A DNA stretch of 64,000 nt from Dehalococcoidia bacterium (GTDB lineage Bacteria; Chloroflexota; Dehalococcoidia; Lucifugimonadales; UBA2962): positions 1,503,628 to 1,567,627 of the forward strand of contig OZ244723.1 of the NCBI GenBank assembly GCA_965219325.1. The letters are read 5' to 3'. Every line of letters starts with the position of its first letter. Position 1 is the first letter of the stretch. The notes under the pieces were generated by a model. That model saw nothing but the letters and a program-made list of their open reading frames with translations. It was not told the origin of the DNA and made no database searches. Shown here piece by piece: positions 60,589-64,000 of the stretch. The position numbers were made by a program, and so were the translations under genes.

Positions 60589-62067
60589 TCAGGCCCGGGG
60601 CTTTACGACAGCGTGCTTGCCCTTGCGGGCTTTGGGATCATCTGCCCCCGGCCGCTTGATCGACGCGAGGACCGCACCGAACAGCAGCACGAAGACGACC
60701 ATGAGCGTCGCCGTCCGAAAGCCGCCCAGGTAGGCGCTGCGCACCTCGGCATCCGACAGCAGGCCGAGGGCGGCGGGCAGGGCCAGCGCGAGTACACCTG
60801 CGGCCGCGGTCGCACCGATCGCGTGCCCCAGCTCCCTCGTGGTCTCAAGCATCCCGGAGGCTGCCCCACGATGCTTGGTCGGCAGCGAGTTCATGATCGT
60901 GGCGTTGTTGATGGGGTTGAACATGTTCGTGCCTATTGCGATCGGCAGCATTAACAGCGGCAATGCCCAAAAGCCTACGTGGGGAGCTACCATACCCAGC
61001 GCCAGAAAGCCGCCGGCAATTGAGGCCATCGTCGCCGGCCTAAGCCACATGGGCCGATGCTTGTCGTATACCCACCCGGCGACCATTGGCATGAACAGAC
61101 CCAGAGTCTGACTCGGCAAGAGCACCACCGTCACCCACAGGGGCTCCCTGCCGAATCCCTCCTCGACCAGAATTGGCACGAGGGTGAAGGTGGCCAGCAT
61201 GGAAGCATGGTAGGTAACGTTCGTCGTCAGACTCAGTGAGAATGCGCCGACCTTGAAGTGACGCATGTCCACAACGGGGTTGCGCACCGAGCGCTCGACG
61301 AACACGAAGGTGACAAGGATGAGGAGTGCGGCGATGTGCATGGGCAGGTGGTAGGTAAGCCCGTCTTCGGATATGAACGACTCCTCGCCCCCGTGAAGGT
61401 GACTTCCCGAGAGGATCAGCACGATCGCACCCGCCGCGAGAAGAGCGCCGCCAAGCCAGTCGATCCCGCCCTTGGCAGCCTCCTTTGATCGGCCGACGGG
61501 GGATTCGTTTCTGGCGCGGGACAGTAAGGGGAGAGTCAGCACAAGGGCCGCCAGCCCGAGCGGAACGAAGGTCAGGAACACCGGACGCCATCCCACGAAC
61601 TGGAGCATCAAGCCGAAGATCGCCAGACCCGTCAGGGTGCCCAGACGTGCCCCGATGATGGGTACCGCGAAGGCCCGACCTCTCTTCCCGGGCGGGAACG
61701 CCCCCGCAAGGATGGCGTTGGCATTGCCCATGATCATCGCAGAGCCCAGTCCGGCGATTGCGCGGAATGCCAGAACCTGCCACAGGTCGGTGGAGATCGC
61801 GACCAGCCCTGAAGCCGCCGCGAGTACTATGACGCCAAAGAAAAAGACCGGCTCGTGACCGATGCGGTCGCCCAATCGCGCAGCAATCATCACGAAGCTG
61901 CCCAGCATCAGCAGGTATATGACTACCATGAGGGCGACATCTTCGATGCTCGCGCCGAACTGCTCGGACAGGGTCGGCAGTGCGATCGCCACGGGCAGGC
62001 TCGAGATCTGCACCAAGAGGTAACCAGCGGTGACAGCCACCAGCACCTCGCGGTGTCGCCGGGTCAC
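60589..62067 (-). CDS. MFS transporter (DHA2/EmrB-like)
   Basis: ALPT, RLGDRIG, RAIAGLG, RGRA, WRPVF, IDWLG and GAASG. Confidence 0.88.
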   Translation of the reverse strand: MTRRHREVLVAVTAGYLLVQISSLPVAIALPTLSEQFGASIEDVALMVVIYLLMLGSFVMIAARLGDRIGHEPVFFFGVIVLAAASGLVAISTDLWQVLAFRAIAGLGSAMIMGNANAILAGAFPPGKRGRAFAVPIIGARLGTLTGLAIFGLMLQFVGWRPVFLTFVPLGLAALVLTLPLLSRARNESPVGRSKEAAKGGIDWLGGALLAAGAIVLILSGSHLHGGEESFISEDGLTYHLPMHIAALLILVTFVFVERSVRNPVVDMRHFKVGAFSLSLTTNVTYHASMLATFTLVPILVEEGFGREPLWVTVVLLPSQTLGLFMPMVAGWVYDKHRPMWLRPATMASIAGGFLALGMVAPHVGFWALPLLMLPIAIGTNMFNPINNATIMNSLPTKHRGAASGMLETTRELGHAIGATAAAGVLALALPAALGLLSDAEVRSAYLGGFRTATLMVVFVLLFGAVLASIKRPGADDPKARKGKHAVVKPRA

Positions 62068-62140
62068 GAGAAGTGGTCTTATGACGGAGAGAATAAAGAA
62101 GGCCTTTCGGCGGTCATTTTAGGGGTAGAATGGGTGATTG

Positions 62141-62230
62141 GGAGAGGTGGCAGAGTGGTCGAATGCGCTCCCCTGCTAAGGGAGTAGCCGGTGATGAGCT
62201 GGCTCGCGGGTTCGAATCCCGCCCTCTCCG
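62141..62230 (+). tRNA. tRNA-Ser(GCT); CCA end not encoded
   Basis: Acceptor GGAGAGG/CCTCTCC, anticodon arm CTCCC-CTGCTAA-GGGAG, long variable arm, T arm GCGGG-TTCGAAT-CCCGC, discriminator G followed by CCG. TAGAAT at 62126-62131. Confidence 0.96.
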
Positions 62231-62330
62231 CCGCCTAACCAGGACGGCCCTGCGCTCTCGCTGCCCAAGGACGCCGTCGGAACGTCGGGCATACGGCGGT
62301 GACTTAGAACCCTTCCAGGCAGGCAACCGG

Positions 62331-62888
62331 CTAGCAGTCCCTATTGTTTGTCTCGCCTTTGGGCATGATGGTGTTGCAGAAGATGGTGCCGTCGAAGCTG
62401 GCGCCCCTTACGTCGGCGAACGTGAGGTTGGCGTCGGTCAGGTCGGCCTCTTGCAGCGAGGCATCCTTGAGGCTGGCGCTCCTGAGCTGCGCCCCTGTCA
62501 GATTGGCGCCGGTGAGATCGGCTCCCTCTAGGGAACCCTGGAACATGCTCACGCCACTCAGGTCGGCGTACCGCAGGTTCGCATTCGAGAGGTCGACCGG
62601 GTCGAAGTTCTGCCAACCGGCGTCCCCGGGATCGAGGTCAGCTCCCTCAAGGTCGGCTCCCTCGCACTGGGCACCGGGACCGATCTCGCAGTTGCCGGCC
62701 ACGGTCTTTCGCAGGGCCTCGGCGGTTGCGGCCGAGGTAACGCTGTCGACGTCGGATCCCGACTGTTCGACTGCGGTGGGTGACTCCACGGAATCCTGCT
62801 CGGGCACAGCCCCGGGGAGATCTCCTCCCCCGCACGCTGCGTGCACGAAGAGGACCACCCCCGGAATCACGAAGTACGCCAGCCTCAT
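62331..62888 (-). CDS. Pentapeptide-repeat lipoprotein
   Basis: MRLAYFVIPGVVLFVHAA-C lipoprotein-like signal and A(D/N)L.. pentapeptide repeats. Confidence 0.85.
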   Translation of the reverse strand: MRLAYFVIPGVVLFVHAACGGGDLPGAVPEQDSVESPTAVEQSGSDVDSVTSAATAEALRKTVAGNCEIGPGAQCEGADLEGADLDPGDAGWQNFDPVDLSNANLRYADLSGVSMFQGSLEGADLTGANLTGAQLRSASLKDASLQEADLTDANLTFADVRGASFDGTIFCNTIMPKGETNNRDC

Positions 62889-62893
62889 CTGAT

Positions 62894-64000
62894 CTAAAAC
62901 AACGTCTTCGGTTCGAGTCCCATGTAGAAGGCACCGGCGGTATCGTAATGGGTCAAGCGCCCCTGAACCTGCTGGGTGATGACCTGGGCATCCTGCAGAC
63001 GCCGCTGGATCGGGTTGCTCTCGAAGATCCCGTCCGAGCCCGCCACGTCGTAGGCGACCGCGACAACCTGCACCCCGGTGCGGATGGCGTGGGTCGCGGC
63101 CAGCCTCAGTCGAAGCCGCTCCTCGGCGTCCAGGCAGTCGCGAGTGGCAGCGCTGTCCCACACCGCGGTAACCGCCTCCGCAAGGAAAGCCCTGGCAGAT
63201 CGCCAGAGCGCCTCCGCCTCTCCGATCTGTCGCTGCGTCGTAGAGGTGTGCATCAGGACGGAGGTACGCATCACCGGCGTCTTGGCGCGTGCGATCTCTA
63301 TGGCGGCATCGAGACCCGATCGCGCAGCTCCGAGGGCGACCGTGGCGAACCCGGCCGCGAACATCAGGACAGTCGGGATCACGTACAGCGAGCCGCCGCG
63401 CAGGGGAGCCTCGTCCACCCGGTACGACCTATCGGCCGAAACGAACAGGTCCGTCGCCTGGAAGCTAAAGCTCCCGGTGCCCCTGAGCCCGTTCACTTGC
63501 CACACGTCAAGGACCTCGATCTGGTCCTTTGGTATCAGGAGGATGATGCCGCGTTCATGGTCGATTGTCGGCCGACCCGGCTCGCTCGATTCGCCCAGGG
63601 GGGCGAGGGCGGCAACCCACGTTGCATGTCGAATGCCGCTGCTGAAGTTCCATCGTCCGGTTACGCGGTATCCGCCCTGTACGGCAACTGCGCGAGTAGA
63701 AGCAATGGGCGGGCCGTTGCTCACCACCGCGAGTGGGTCGGTCCAGATCCCAAGGGCCGTCTCCTCAGCCATCCGCACGGCGTTGGTCGCAAAGACGTTG
63801 TTTTGGTTCACGCACCATGCGGTGCTCGCGTCGGCCCTGGCGAATATCTCCACTATCCTCAGGTAGCTCGGAAAGTCCAGCTCGGCTCCTCCGATCGATC
63901 GGGGCACCAGGAGCCTGAACAGGCCTTCTCGGGCCATATCCGCCGCGAGCTGAACCGGCAGGCGGCGTTCCCTGTCTATCTCGTCTGCGGCCTCCCCGGC
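62894..64000 (-). CDS. Acyl-CoA dehydrogenase-fold flavin-dependent hydroxylase (HsaA/DszC-like), 5' end beyond the window
   Basis: ERRLP, P..IGG.E, DASTAW, GRWNFSSG, W.V.GLRGTGS and QRRLQD. The frame is open to the window edge. Confidence 0.88.
   Translation of the reverse strand, partial: AGEAADEIDRERRLPVQLAADMAREGLFRLLVPRSIGGAELDFPSYLRIVEIFARADASTAWCVNQNNVFATNAVRMAEETALGIWTDPLAVVSNGPPIASTRAVAVQGGYRVTGRWNFSSGIRHATWVAALAPLGESSEPGRPTIDHERGIILLIPKDQIEVLDVWQVNGLRGTGSFSFQATDLFVSADRSYRVDEAPLRGGSLYVIPTVLMFAAGFATVALGAARSGLDAAIEIARAKTPVMRTSVLMHTSTTQRQIGEAEALWRSARAFLAEAVTAVWDSAATRDCLDAEERLRLRLAATHAIRTGVQVVAVAYDVAGSDGIFESNPIQRRLQDAQVITQQVQGRLTHYDTAGAFYMGLEPKTLF

Noticed and set aside
62141-62230. tRNA-Sec, or an integration site for a genomic island
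   Set aside because: The anticodon is GCT with a 7-bp acceptor stem, so it is tRNA-Ser. I saw no integrase or duplicated tRNA 3' end in the window.

Overview
A GC-rich, gene-dense bacterial chromosome segment with about 55 CDS and one tRNA-Ser(GCT). I found no integrase, transposase, prophage or CRISPR array. The gene content (three luciferase-like monooxygenase-family (LLM) genes, duplicated class IV aminotransferases, amidohydrolases, an orphan molybdoenzyme large subunit) suggests Chloroflexota, possibly Dehalococcoidia/SAR202-like; this is an inference. Housekeeping genes (groEL, pyrD, mutL, def, tRNA nucleotidyltransferase, secD, secF, nfo, rbsK, pgi-like) are interleaved with catabolic paralogues, a GldA/GldF-GldG/DUF4340 ABC system and a full moxR-DUF58-batABCDE operon. 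The main hidden feature is a PrdB/GrdB-family selenoprotein gene at 36801..37619, which the ORF track cuts short at an in-frame TGA (37359..37361). That TGA lies in a U-P-I-C motif and is followed by a SECIS-like hairpin. The gene overlaps an upstream VIT1/CCC1 transporter and a downstream LLM oxidoreductase, and no proline or glycine reductase partner genes are nearby. Other points: a 28-aa membrane-type smORF upstream of the molybdoenzyme, a 54-bp coding tandem repeat in secD, a probable CC-adding enzyme, a PTER-like hydrolase, a possible ATA start codon and several likely leaderless genes. All product calls come from recognising motifs by eye; no database searches were run.
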